Part shown: positions 1 to 19,410 of the stretch, in pieces | Numbering within the stretch: the first letter of the stretch is position 1 | Layout: every line of letters starts with the position of its first letter | NCBI RefSeq assembly: GCF_009914755.1 | Contig: NC_060936.1 | DNA from: the human T2T-CHM13v2.0 reference genome, Homo sapiens | Direction: 5' to 3' (one strand) | Length of the DNA stretch: 64,000 nt | Program-made: the position numbers and the translations under genes | Notes under the pieces: model-generated | What the model was told of the DNA's origin: nothing | The model's input: only the letters and a program-made list of their open reading frames with translations | Databases searched by the model: none

Positions 1-270
<270 letters not shown>

Positions 271-325
271 CCTTTCAATGTTTTTAGTGAGTTTGAGCTA
301 CTGAATCCCTGGGAAGGCAGACTCA

Positions 326-1370
<1,045 letters not shown>

Positions 1371-1412
1371 ACCTTTATTCATCTCAGAGCCTTCATTTTC
1401 CTTCATCCTTGA

Positions 1413-1556
<144 letters not shown>

Positions 1557-2074
1557 TAGGGAGGAGTAGCAGTGCCCTAAACCAAGGTCGTGGGAGCTTG
1601 GTAATGAGGACACTTCAGGACGGGAAGATGCCACCGCTGGGATAACTGGGCAAATTAATTCCAGCAAGGGATGTGGAACATAACAGAATTTGATAATGTA
1701 CAGGGAAGTTCTTGCTATGGGCTAATGAATCCTGTCTGGCCATGGCTGAGAGCCCTTGGTTTTCACATTTGTCTGCGAGTGATGATGACAGTAGTGATGG
1801 TGATGAGGATGAGTTGGTACTGATGGTGAGGAAAATGCTGAGAATGGTAATAGTGATGGTGATAAGGTGGTGACAGTTGTTAAAATTATGGTGGTGGCTG
1901 ATGGTGAGGGTAGTGGTTGATGATGGAATTGGTGGAAAGGTGGAAGCAGTAATGGTAATGATGTTGGTAGCTGATAAAGATGGTGTTGGTGGTAGTGGTG
2001 ATTGATAAAGATGACTGTGATTATATTAGTGGTGGTGGTGATGAGATTCTAAAAGCTAACTCCCTACTACCTAA

Positions 2075-2335
<261 letters not shown>

Positions 2336-3158
2336 TAGCAGGCAGGGGCAGTGGTGGCTAATATCCCCTCCTCTATAAATGGGGAAACTGAGGCTTAATG
2401 ATGGTTAAGGACCTGCTCAAGGTTACATAGAGGGGCAGTGGTGATGTTAATGGAGGTGGTGCTGATGAGATCAATGTTGATAATGGTGTGACTGGGAGTG
2501 GGGATGGTAGCTGGTGCTGATGGAAATGACACTATCAAGTATGTTAGTACCACAGCAGAGGTGACGATCTCAAAGGCAGTGTTAACATGGCTGCACTAAC
2601 TGTCTCATTGGCAATATTAATCGTGTGGCAGAGATGACAGTATCAATGGCAGTGTTAATGATGGTGGTGAAATGGTGAATGGGGTTGGTTTTCTAAAGTC
2701 TGTGGTCAAATAACAGGAAAATGTGTACTTACTGGATGTGTACTTCGTGTCAGACACAGCAGCAAGTCCATTACATGAATGACCTTATTAAATCTCCTCT
2801 GGAGCTCTTTGGGATAGGGACAGTTCTCCCTATGCTTCGGATGAGGAAACTGGGGTGAATTAAGAGGTGAAGTCACTTGCCCAAGTCAGACCACTGGTGG
2901 AAGGCAGGGCTGGGATGTGATTTGAATTTGACTCCAAGGCTATTTCCAGATATCCATTTTGTGGCTGCCCCATCATCTCTTGCAACTGTTCCAGGGGGTC
3001 CCCACCATTCCACCCCGGTGCCAAGAGAAACTCAGGTGGCATCTGGCTTTGCCCAGGACTCTTCGGGAGGCTCCTGAGTCTTCCAGGGCAGAAGAGCTTC
3101 ATCTATTCTTTCCACTGTCCCTCTCGGACCTGGCCACCTTCTCTCTTGCCTCTCCTAG

Positions 3159-3290
<132 letters not shown>

Positions 3291-3651
3291 AGACTCCAGT
3301 GACTGCTGCCTCCCCCCACAAGAACTCCCTTCTCCCCTCAGCCAATGAATCAATGTGCTCCTTCATAAGCCATTGCTTCTCCCTCACTTCTTTCCTCAAA
3401 GAAGCATGAGGTGAGAGAAAGCCACAAAGTCAGTGCCTGGAGAAGGGTTCAGCCCAACATGGGGCCCCTCTCATCACTGAAATCCCTCTACCTTCTCTGG
3501 GTCTGGCATTATAAAGAACAGCTGAGGCTGTCATTCCATGAGTCTTCAGAAGAAAGGACAGCTCAGAAAATCAAAGAGGCCAACTGCCCAGAGCCACAGA
3601 AAATGGAGGATAATTGAGGCTAAGTAACCTGATTACAAGTTGTACTAACAT

Positions 3652-3657
3652 ATTAAA
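3652..3657 (+). terminator. DAO: Probable DAO polyadenylation signal (ATTAAA)
   Basis: ATTAAA ~360 nt after the stop, followed by GT-rich tgatgttgttt at ~3692-3702. Confidence 0.65.
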
Positions 3658-4021
3658 GGTTCTGAAAAGTCCTGCAGCAAAGACAACTATCTGATGTTGT
3701 TTAACCCAGTGCTTGCTAAACCTATCTGGCTATGGAACTCTTTTGCCCAGAGCACCCATGAATGCCATGACACAAATCTGAGAAAATGCTGGAACAGATT
3801 TTGTTGTATCTGTTGTGTTTGTTGTAGGAGGTTATACATACAACTGGGGTGTGGAGGGGGCAGAGAGGTGAGGCACTGAACTAGTAACACATGGTGTTTG
3901 TTCCACATCTAGAATTCCAAATGGCATCAGCTATTCACCGAGTGGCCCCATGAGCACCACGTAACCTTTGAGGAGGGGCCACTGGAGGGATCATCCCACA
4001 AGGAACCCCTTCATAGAGAAC

Positions 4022-4830
<809 letters not shown>

Positions 4831-5209
4831 ACTCACCAAGCATACTCCTTTTTTGGGGGGCAATTTAACATCTCTCTTGTCTTTGGGCTGGCACCCTCGG
4901 AAATGACAAACAAGCTCCCAGATGTTTTTGAAAGCCTTAAATGAGCCTGGGAGACCCCATAGCATCTTCATCCCTAATTACCAGCCTCAGCCTCTGAGGT
5001 CGATTTTCACCTGTCTGGGTTTCTGTGAGAGGCCAGAGCCTAGGAAGCCTCGTGCATCTTGGCCCAGGAGTGCCCCGTGTGCTGTGAAGAGGTCTCAGTT
5101 GGCTCCTGCCATGCCCTGCCATTTCCATGAGGGCTGTTTCATGAAGCACCTGCCATGATGCTGGCCAAGCCTAGTCTAAGTAGGGTGAGAGAGCCGAGAT
5201 TTAAGGTAG

Positions 5210-5971
<762 letters not shown>

Positions 5972-5982
<11 letters not shown>

Positions 5983-6150
5983 AGAAAGAGAAAGAAAGAA
6001 AGAGGGAGGGAGGGAGGGAAAGAGGGAGGGAGGGAGAGAGAGAGAAAGGAAGGAAGGAAGGAAGGAAGGAAGGAAGGAAGGAAGGAAGGAAGGAAGGAAG
6101 GAAAGAAAGAAAAGAAGAAAAGAAAAGAAAAGAGAGAAAGGATGGAAGGT
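5972..6150 (+). repeat. Purine microsatellite (GGGA/GA/GGAA/GAAA) expanded from an Alu tail, with (GGAA)14 at 6048-6103
   Basis: Read directly from the sequence. Confidence 0.95.
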
Positions 6151-6227
6151 AGCCTAAAGTCAATAGCTGGGATGCGATAGAATAGAGATTCTGGCTCAGA
6201 AATTATGCAATTCCAGTGCTTCACTTT

Positions 6228-6518
6228 CTTTCCCCGCCCCCGACAGAGTCTTGCTCTGTCGCACAAGCTGGAGTGCAGTGGCATGATCTTGACTCATTGC
6301 AACCTCCGCCTCCCGGGTTCAAACAGTTGTCCTGCCTCAGCCTCACGAGTAGCTGAGATTACAGGCACGCACCACCATGGCCGGCTAATTTTTGTGTTTT
6401 CAGTAGAGACGGGGTTTCACCATGTTGGTCAGGCTGGTCTCAAACTCCTGACCTTGTGATCTGCCCACCTCGGCCTCCCAGGTGCTGGGATTACAGGCGT
6501 GAGCCACCGCACCAGGCC
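6228..6518 (-). mobile_element. Alu with TSD agtgcttcactttc
   Basis: Consensus match; direct repeat on both sides. Confidence 0.92.
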
Positions 6519-6816
6519 GAGTGCTTCACTTTCAACTACCACACAAGACTGAATCCAAATTGTGGAGGGGAGCAGGGGGTGTTGGCGGGGTGGGGAATAT
6601 GTAGCTATGAAGGGATCGGTTGGGCCTCTTCCTCAACTCTCTCCGCAAGCACACTGAAAAGGAACTAGCTCTCTCTTCCTCATAGCTACATTTGGGCCAA
6701 GATGAGAGGACTCTGACAAGGATCCCAGGGCAAGGGCACTTCCTGGTGCTTGGAGTAAGACCCAGGATTTAGTTTTTGACCAATGTGATTTCTTTATCCA
6801 GCCTAAAATTCTGTAG

Positions 6817-7480
<664 letters not shown>

Positions 7481-7720
7481 GGCCTAGGGAGAATGATCCC
7501 TACCTGCCAGCCAAGGCTAGCTGTCAGTAGAAATCCTATAGGACTCAGTACACAGTGAACTCACAAAATTGTATGGGGACACGAGATTCCACATTCAGAC
7601 CCAGAATGACCCTCTTGTTCTTTCTGCAAATGCTAAGAACCTCCTTGAAAATGTATACTAAAATTAAGAATAGAAGGATCATGGGGAAATCCTGCAACCC
7701 ACATAGTTCTGTAAATTTTA

Positions 7721-7921
<201 letters not shown>

Positions 7922-7954
7922 CTAAAAAATTAATTAAAATAAAATAAAAACAGG

Positions 7955-8130
7955 AATGAATATCACATGCACATCTTTGGGGTGTGGGAGGAAACCGGAT
8001 ACCCGGAGAACACCCATGTAGACATGGAGAGAACGTGCAAGCTCTACACAGACAGTGGCCCCTGCCGGAATTGATTTTTTTTTTTTTTATTTCTCATCGA
8101 GGTTGTAATGAAATAAGTTATTCGAGGATA
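7955..8130. mobile_element. MER6-like (TcMar-Tigger) fragment
   Basis: gtgggaggaaaccgga...acagacagtggcccc...gttattcgagga resembles the MER6 terminus. Confidence 0.65.
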
Positions 8131-8229
8131 TGTTATACTTTTCCTTTGCCTAACACTGCTACTTCTGTCCTGAAGGCAATTTGCAACTGGATTTTCAGTG
8201 AATTCTTGGCAGCTTGATGAATTTAGAAA

Positions 8230-9380
<1,151 letters not shown>

Positions 9381-9857
9381 ATGAATTTAGAAAGCACTCT
9401 CTTCTCTGGCATGGTGGGGGTTGGGGCATTTTAAGTAGTTCATCATAAAATATTCTTGATTAATTGAGAATGATTATTGCCAGACACCGTGGCTCATTCC
9501 TGTAATCCCAGCTACTTGGGAGGCTGATGTGGGAGGATCGATTGAGCCTAGGAGTTCGAGACCAGCCTGGGCAACATAGCATCTCAAAAAAGAGAGAATG
9601 ATTATATATGATGTATGTGGATATTCAAATATAAAATATAGTAAGGTACCACCAGTGACCAAAGTCTGCCTGAAACCCCCAAATCCTTGAGGAGTCAGAA
9701 GGTGCTTCAGGATGCTCTAGAGCTTCAGGGTTGTCATCCCTTGTGCCTCCTACGACACTCTCTGCATTCATCCTTAGCACCCGTATCACACTGTATCACA
9801 GTGGTGTGTTCATGCATGTTCCCTAGTATACTGTGAGAGCTTGAAGATAAGGAATAT

Positions 9858-10072
9858 CTCCTCCTCCTCCTCCTTCTCCTACTCCTCCTCCTTCTCCTCC
9901 TCCTCCTTCTCCTCCTCCTCCTCCTTCTTCTCCTCCTCCTGCTTCTCCTCCTCCTCCTCCTTCTCCTCCTTCTCCTCCTCCTTCTTCTCCTCCTCCTCTT
10001 CCTCTTCCTTTTCCTCTTCCTTCTTCCTCTTCCTCCTCCTCCTCCTTCCTTCTCCTCCTCTTCCTTCTTCTT
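9858..10072 (+). repeat. (TCC/TCT)n pyrimidine tract at the tail of a minus-strand Alu
   Basis: Read directly from the sequence. Confidence 0.95.
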
Positions 10073-10361
10073 TTATTTTTCTTGAGCCAGAGTCTCACTC
10101 TGTTACCCAGGCTGGAGTGCAGTGGCATGGTCACAGCTCACTACAGCCTCGACTTCCCAGGCTCAGGTGATTCTCCCACCTCAGCCTCCAAGTAGCTGGG
10201 ACCACAGGAGCACACCACCAGGCTTGGCTAATTTTTGTATTCTTTTTGGAGTCAGGGTTTTGTCATGTTGCCCAGGCTGGTCTCAAACTTCTGGGCTCAG
10301 GCGATCCTCCCGTCTGGCCTCCTAAGTGCTGGGATTACAGTCATGAGCCACCACACCTGGC

Positions 10362-10392
<31 letters not shown>

Positions 10393-11162
10393 GAGACAGG
10401 ATCTGTCATTCTATCATTCAGGCTGGAATGCTGTGGCACGATCAAAGCGAACTGCCGCCTCAAACTCCTGGCCTCAAGTGATCCTCCCGCATCAGCCTCC
10501 CAAAGTGCTGGGATTATGGGCATGAGCCACTGCACCCAGCCAGGACCATGTCTTATGATATTTTGCATCCTCAGTGTTGAATAACATGTCCAGGACATGC
10601 TGGATATTCCATGCATACTGACCACTTGCCACGTTATGATCTGTAAGAGAGTTCTGATGAATAGACTTGAGAGTTTATGCACATGTCACTGCAGATTCCA
10701 GGCATACCAGCAATTGTCTGCACCACCCTGCTAAAGGGCAGGCCAATGCCACCGTGTCTGTACCTCTCCACCACTTCTTCCTGACCCAATTGAATTGGAC
10801 CAAGACTCAATCCAACACTAAACTGGGCCAATCAGCTTCATTCCTGAAGATCTGGGAGTGGGGCACTGAGCAGCTGAGTCAGGTATGTTTGCAGAGCTGG
10901 GTTATGAGGCTATGGAAGCTCTGTGCATGATTATGCATACACAGCAGCCACAAGGAAACAGATGGAAGCTAGACTCATTTCTGCCAGAAAAGGGAAGAAA
11001 CAAGAGCCACAGATTCAGAGGGGCAGCTGTCTTGGGCCCCAGTGGTTTCCCAGATCCCTGTTCCTCTGAATGACACCAGGCTGTACTTTATTCCTATGCA
11101 ATCTCTCTAAACTGTCAGAGTGAACCATCAGCCCATCAACCAAAGCTGCACTGCAGATGCAT

Positions 11163-11168
11163 TTTATT
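11163..11168 (-). terminator. SVOP: Candidate distal SVOP poly(A) signal (AATAAA; second copy at 11087-11092)
   Basis: tttatt on + strand, followed on the - strand by CA and GU-rich tttggttgatggg. Confidence 0.35.
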
Positions 11169-12028
11169 GAGCTCACACATCATTTGAACATTTTTGATCC
11201 AATATACTAATATTTGGAGATTTCACAGAAAAACCTAGACTCCTCTTTTGAACATTGTAAGATCTGGTCACACTGGACCCATGGTGGAACAACATCAGCT
11301 GGAAGGGAGTTGCAGCCCCCCCCTGCAGACAGGGCTGGTGTTTCTCTTGTCCTTACACCTTTTCCATTTCACTGATTTACATGCCCTGAATTTCCCCTGT
11401 AGGAAATTAACTACCGATCCCAGTCTTATAATAAAGCTCTGTTCCTTAATTTTAATTATCCTGAGTAGAATTTCTGTTCCTGGCCACGAAAACAGTGCTG
11501 ATGAGAGCTCTGTGGCCTACACATCCACGGCAGGCTCCTTGCAACCATCGCCCATCCAACAGCCATTGCTATCCTTCTTCTGTGCTAACAGAATCCCAAT
11601 TTTGTGTTCAGGAGGCTGTGGGTATCCCTTGGTGCTCGTAGGCCCTTCCTTCCAGCCCTACAGCAGGACTCATGCTGGGATGGGCATGACACCCAGGTCT
11701 GATCAATGAGAAGCAATGGTAAATCTGCCAGGGGACTTCCTTTTCTAACCAAAACCAACAGACTCTTCTGAAAGAAAACCTTTTATGACTGCTCCTTTCC
11801 CATTCTACCTTCTTTGAAAAGAAATATGATGTCCAGCACAGGGGCAGCCATTTTGTGACCATGAGGTTTCAAGCACAGGGTCAGGTGGCCAACATGCAGA
11901 GGATGGTGAAAAGAAAAGGCAAAAAGAAGCTGGGTTCTTGATAACATTGTTGAGCGTTGAACCTTCTCTGATCTCTGCCTGGTTTTGGTTCTAATGGTTT
12001 AAGCCACTATTGACTGAGATTACTGTTC

Positions 12029-12308
12029 TTAGGTTGGTGCAAAAGTAATTGCATTTGGGAGGCCGAGGTGGGCGGATCACTTGAGGTCAGGAGTTTGAGA
12101 CCAGCCTGACCAACATGGTGAAACCTTGTCTATACTAAAAATACAAAAATTAGCCAAGCATCAAGGCGGGCACCTGTAATCCCAGCTACTCAGGAGGCTG
12201 AGGAGGGAGAATCGCTTGAACCTGGGAGACAGAGTTGCAGTGAGCTGAGACTTCATCTCAAAAAAAAAAAAAAAGTAATTGCAGTTTTTGCCATTGAAAA
12301 TAATGGCA
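12029..12308 (+). mobile_element. MADE1 (mariner-derived MITE) interrupted by a 5'-truncated Alu (12054-12270)
   Basis: ttaggttggtgcaaaagtaattgca | Alu | aaaagtaattgcagtttttgccattgaaaataatggca; 13-bp TSD. Confidence 0.9.
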
Positions 12309-12610
12309 GGGGAGACTCTTGATCTTATCATTCAAGGCTTTCTGTTGCTCAATGTTATATTAAAAACAATGAATTTCCATACTAATTTCAAAGTCAATTC
12401 CTAAGATACTGTTTCATCCCATTGTGAACACCACCAAGGTCAGTTATATGTTTTTCAGAATACTTGAAGTACGAGAAAAACAGAAATATATAGCTCTGGC
12501 TACATTAAATATCTTTTGCCACTTTCTGAGATCTTTCGTAACTCTAAGAGAAACATGGCATTTCCATTAACGAAAATAGGAGCTTTTTGAATAGGATTGT
12601 TCAAAATTAG

Positions 12611-13042
<432 letters not shown>

Positions 13043-13685
13043 CAGGAGTTTTTAACTTTCACTTTCTCAAGTAGAGAAGGCCCTCAACTGTAAACCCCTT
13101 TACCCTAGTCTCTGGGAAATATTCCTGCCCACCAAGCACTCTATCCCCCCCAGCCCCCAGCTCCACTGGGTTATTCTAGGGTGAGGGAGCGGACATGATC
13201 ATCCAGTAGCGTCTGACCAGCCGGAAGGCAAAAGAGACAAGCAAAAGTTCTGTGTTACCCAGGAGAGCTCAGCTGTCCAGAAATAATTAGAGCTACAGCC
13301 ACACGTGGTTCAAGGAAATGTGGTTGTCAGAGAGAGACAGAGATCTGCCAAGCCATCTCCTCTTCAACTGCCTGGGCGGAGGGGGCTGCAGCCCACATTT
13401 TAGAGACACAGTATTGTTTGCAGTTGATTTAGAACTTGAGCTGGAAGAAGTCCCCCATCATGACCTGCACACCATTAGAAGAAAGTGTTGTCTCCAACAA
13501 GCTCAGCCACAATGTTGGCTGCCAACGGTATGTCTTTCCCCACTCATTGGAAAGGAGATTATCACACTAAAGCATTGAGATGAATTCCGATGAACAAAGG
13601 TAGTCAGACCGTTAGGCTGGACTGTCACTAGGACATGATGACAATGAATAAACTTAGGCTCTTGCAATGTCCATCACTGACATGT

Positions 13686-13691
13686 TTTAAT
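13686..13691 (-). terminator. SVOP: Candidate proximal SVOP poly(A) signal (ATTAAA)
   Basis: tttaat on + strand, ~1.6 kb past the stop, with a U-rich tract downstream on the - strand. Confidence 0.55.
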
Positions 13692-14208
13692 AAGAGTTGA
13701 ACGCACAAATTGGCTTCCTTGCAATGTTTACTTCAAGCAGTAGGTCTGTCTGCTCTGGCCTTTGATGGGATCTGCCAGCTTCCTCCCTCCTTGTCTATGT
13801 CCCCTGCCTTCACCATGGGAAAAAAGGCTCCAGTAAACCAAATCCCAGAAGTGATGTTGCCTGCGGAGACCAACTCAAAACCAACTGGCCTCCCACTGCT
13901 TCCTTTGAAAACATATACATTTCACACACCTGAGTCCTCCCACCCCTCTCCACTCCACGGCAGGCTCCATGAATGGAACTCCAGGGGCTGCCTTTGTGTA
14001 ATGATCAAGACGTCCCTGGACAGAGGAGCAGCTTCGCATCAGGGAATCCTGGTCCCCTGATCCCCATGGGATGAGATGGTGGGTGTAGCATCCTTCTGGT
14101 TTCTCTGCCCATTCAGCTGTCTACCCATGCACAAAACCCAAAGCCCTGGATTTTGGATTTTGTACCTGCAAACCTGAGTAAACTTTTTCCCCTCAAGAGT
14201 CATCATTC

Positions 14209-14480
14209 AGGCCGGGTGCAGTGGCTCCCACCTGTAATCTCAGCACTGTGGGAGGCCGAGGCGGGTGGATCACTTGAGGTCAGGAGTTCGAGACCAGCCT
14301 GGCCAACATGGTGAAACCCTGTCTCTACTAAAAAGTACAGGTGGGCACCTGTAATCCCAGCTACTCGGGAGGCTGAGACAGGAGAATTGCTTGAACCCGG
14401 GAGGCAGAGTTGCAGTGAGCCGAGATCACGCTACTGCACTCCAGCCTGGGCGACAGATCAAGACTCCGTCTCAAAAAACA
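14209..14480 (+). mobile_element. Alu within the SVOP 3' UTR (antisense to SVOP)
   Basis: Alu consensus with partly deleted linker; agtca.cattcag flanking duplication. Confidence 0.92.
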
Positions 14481-15317
14481 ATAAAAGTCACCATTCAGCC
14501 TGACCAAGGAGGGGGCCAGGAAAGAAGTCGGAACCGTGGCCTTCGCTGCTTCAGAAGGGGAGGCCCGTGCTCTGACTTCAGCTTGATTCACTTTGGCCTC
14601 AGTCCTCAGTTCCCAGGGGGTAACGGCGTTCTGAGGTTGTCACCTGGTGCAAGACCAGCTGTCCCCAGGGACACATCTGGATCTCTTGGTGCCAACAACG
14701 GCAACTCCAGAGGGGGCTGGGTGGGGGCATGTGGCTCCAGTTTGAATGCACCATGTCCATCTGCCAGAGAATCCACTGGTCAGGCTCTAGGGAGGCAAAC
14801 CGGGGGGCCCCTGCCAGGAAATAGCTGCTCAGACCACACCTAGATCGCCTGCAATTTCAAAGAAGAAAGCCTGGGGCTGTGGGTGTGGGAGAAACCTACT
14901 GAACAGGTCCGGTGGGTGGACAGCAGGTGTCACATGGGCCTGAGCCTGGACGGTATCTACAGAGAGATATTTTGGTTGTTCACTGAGGGTTTGGCCGGGT
15001 GACTCTGGGTGGTGTCTGATTGGTTGCTGGCATTACCAGACCCTCCTAATATGGGTAGTCTTCCCATGTAGATCCACAGGTTATGAACAAAGCTTTCACC
15101 ACATATACAGAGAACCCCCTAGAGCAAACATCTCCCCATCCCTGGGTGGACCTCAATGAAGATGAGCAAACTGAGTCAAGACACAAAACCCTGTTGGTCC
15201 AGGTCATACTCTTGGGTGAGTTCTTGATGTCGGCAGTGACAATCAGTGCCCCAGTTGGGGCCTGCCAGCCCCCCAAGCTCTGCAGCCTCAAAGACCAGCT
15301 CAGTCCCCCATCGGTCA

Positions 15318-15524
15318 CTATTCCTGAGAGCCAGAGTTCGACCTGGTAACACCTGCACCGTGCATTCCTCGGCCGACCATCTCCTGGCCCCACTCCCGGT
15401 GGCTGGACTCCTGCAGTCCTCGGCCTTTGGTCTCAATGGGCAAAAAGCAGGAGGCCAGGGCAGCCAGGAGGCAGCAGCCACTGTAAACTGCCAGAGTCAG
15501 GTACACAGAGGATTCCAGCATCAC
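15318..15524 (-). CDS. SVOP: SVOP last coding exon
   Basis: ctag| acceptor; [71 protein letters not shown], immediately followed by in-frame TGA. Confidence 0.97.
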
Positions 15525-15599
15525 CTAGGGGAAGGAGACACGGGTCGGTGAAAGCATCCCTTCTGAAGCACAGACATCGCCAACCATCAAATAGTATTA

Positions 15600-16180
<581 letters not shown>

Positions 16181-16452
16181 AGATGCCATGCCACAGCCCT
16201 ATGAGCTAAGTACTTCATCCCCATTTTACAAAGGAGAAAACTGAGGCTCAAAGAGGATAAGTGGTTCCTACCCAAGTTCATACAGATAATAAGGATGGGG
16301 CTGGGATTTGAACTTGGGTCTGCTAAGCTTGAGTCTGGGCTCCTTATAACTCTTCTCTCCTCTGGAACAGTGCAGTGCCTGTGCCAACTTCCTAGCTTTT
16401 GGCACATGGCAAACAACACGGCAGAGCTGAGTCCCATTTTCTTTTCTTTTGA

Positions 16453-16758
<306 letters not shown>

Positions 16759-17354
16759 TAGAGTGGTGTCACTTCCTAATGGGAAGAACCTGGCAGCACC
16801 TGGCACCGTGGAGGCACATGGTGAGCTCTCAACCAGCATCAGTTAGGAGTGCCACACAACGGCTAAAATCAAAGTAGAATAGAAACACTTGGCTAAACAC
16901 GTCTTTAAATTCCATTTCTCTGCAATATTCAGACTTGGCAAATCTACAGAAAGCAGATGGGTGGTTGCCAGGAGCCTAGAGGAAGTGGGCAATGAGGAGT
17001 GACTGCTTAGTGGATCCAGGGGTTTATTTTGGGGTGATGAGAATGTTTTGGAACTAGATAGAAGCAGTGGTTGCCCAACGCTGTGAATGTGCTGAATGCC
17101 ACTGAATTGTTCCCTTTAAGATGGTTAATTTTGTTATGTGACGTTTACCTCAATAAAAAAGTGATTCAAACAGAAAAAAACCTGGATTTTCAAAAAGCAA
17201 AAAGACTTACTAAGATCCCTAGATACAAATGCTTCATGACACACGAAGAGTTGCAAAATTCTGCAATGACGTCTAATTATCTAATTCAAAAAGCAGGAAC
17301 TGGCATATTTATTTGTTTTCCACTAAATTTTGTCGGCATACTTGTTTTCTTTCC

Positions 17355-18250
<896 letters not shown>

Positions 18251-18565
18251 TGCCCACTTGTTTTCATCCACATTGTTTTTAAGCAAAACATATGGCAGCC
18301 CAAGGATTTTCTTCACAGGGAAGACCTGGGTTTGACTCCTGGATTGGCTACTTTCCAGCTGCATGACCTTGAGCATGTCATTTTAGCCCCTGAGCCTCTG
18401 TTTTCTCATCTGCAGGCAATATTTCTTCTGTCCTCGGGTGTGTTGTTATGATAAAATGAGCGAATGCAACCCGAGGGCTCTGGGGACAGTCGGCATGTAG
18501 TAACTGCTTGCCATGCATGGGGTTTTGTCACCCCCCATCCCTCTGTATTTGGGGGCAGCACCTAC

Positions 18566-18655
18566 CTGGGCGATGAACGGAGTGATGAGAGCACCCACTC
18601 TTGCCATGCCGCTGCAGGTGCCCAGGCCGAGGGCCCGCGTTGCCGTGGGGTAGAC
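18566..18655 (-). CDS. SVOP: SVOP penultimate coding exon
   Basis: 90 nt, phase 0-0; [30 protein letters not shown] (E-x-YPT-x-x-R motif of SV2/SLC22-like MFS). Confidence 0.97.
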
Positions 18656-19204
18656 CTGAAACACAGCAGCCGGATATAGGCATGGGGACATGCAGGTTCC
18701 TCCCACCACTCCAGCTCCAAGCTGATAGGACCAACCTCAGGGGCAGGCCGGAAGTCAGGGCAAATCCCTCCAGTGCTGGTGACGCCCTTAAGGGACAGGG
18801 ATCCTCACCCCAAAGGGCATGGGAGGCTCAACTCAGACCTAGGGCAAGAGGCTGAGCTGCGGGTGGGAACCCAGTAAAGGGGTCCACTCTGTCCTGGGGG
18901 GGGCTCCCCAAAGACTCCTCCACCAGGAACTGCCACAAGTTCACAACTCAGGGGTTGCTCTCTACCTTCTTCTCATGCGTTCACCTTGAAGCCTGGGTCA
19001 CAGGTTTTCAAGGGACTTCATAAAGAGAGAGATGGAAATGTTTACAGTCTCTCAGTTTGTACCCAGTAGGGGCCACGTGCTTTGTTAAGTGGCAAAGTGA
19101 GAAGGGATTGTGCATCTTCCAGCCCAAGGTAATTAAGAAGGGTATGTTTTCTCCTCTCCCTTCCCATGTCTGCTGGCTGCGAGAAGGACTCCATGGCCCT
19201 AAGC

Positions 19205-19410
19205 CAGAGGGCTTCTCAGCCTGGGCACTGTGGATGTTTTGGGATGGCTCATTCTTTGTCATGGGGGTGGGGGTTGCTGTGCGTTGTAGGATGTTTGGCA
19301 GCATCCCTGGCCTCTACCCACGAGATTCCAGCAGCCCTTCTGCCTCCCCATGCCACCTTATGACAATCCAAAATATTCCCAGGCATTGCCAAATGTCCCC
19401 TGGGGCAAGA
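19205..19410 (+). mobile_element. MER20 (hAT-Charlie)
   Basis: ttctcagcctgggcactgtggatgtttt...gcatccctggcctctaccca...cattgccaaatgtcccctgggg. Confidence 0.85.
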
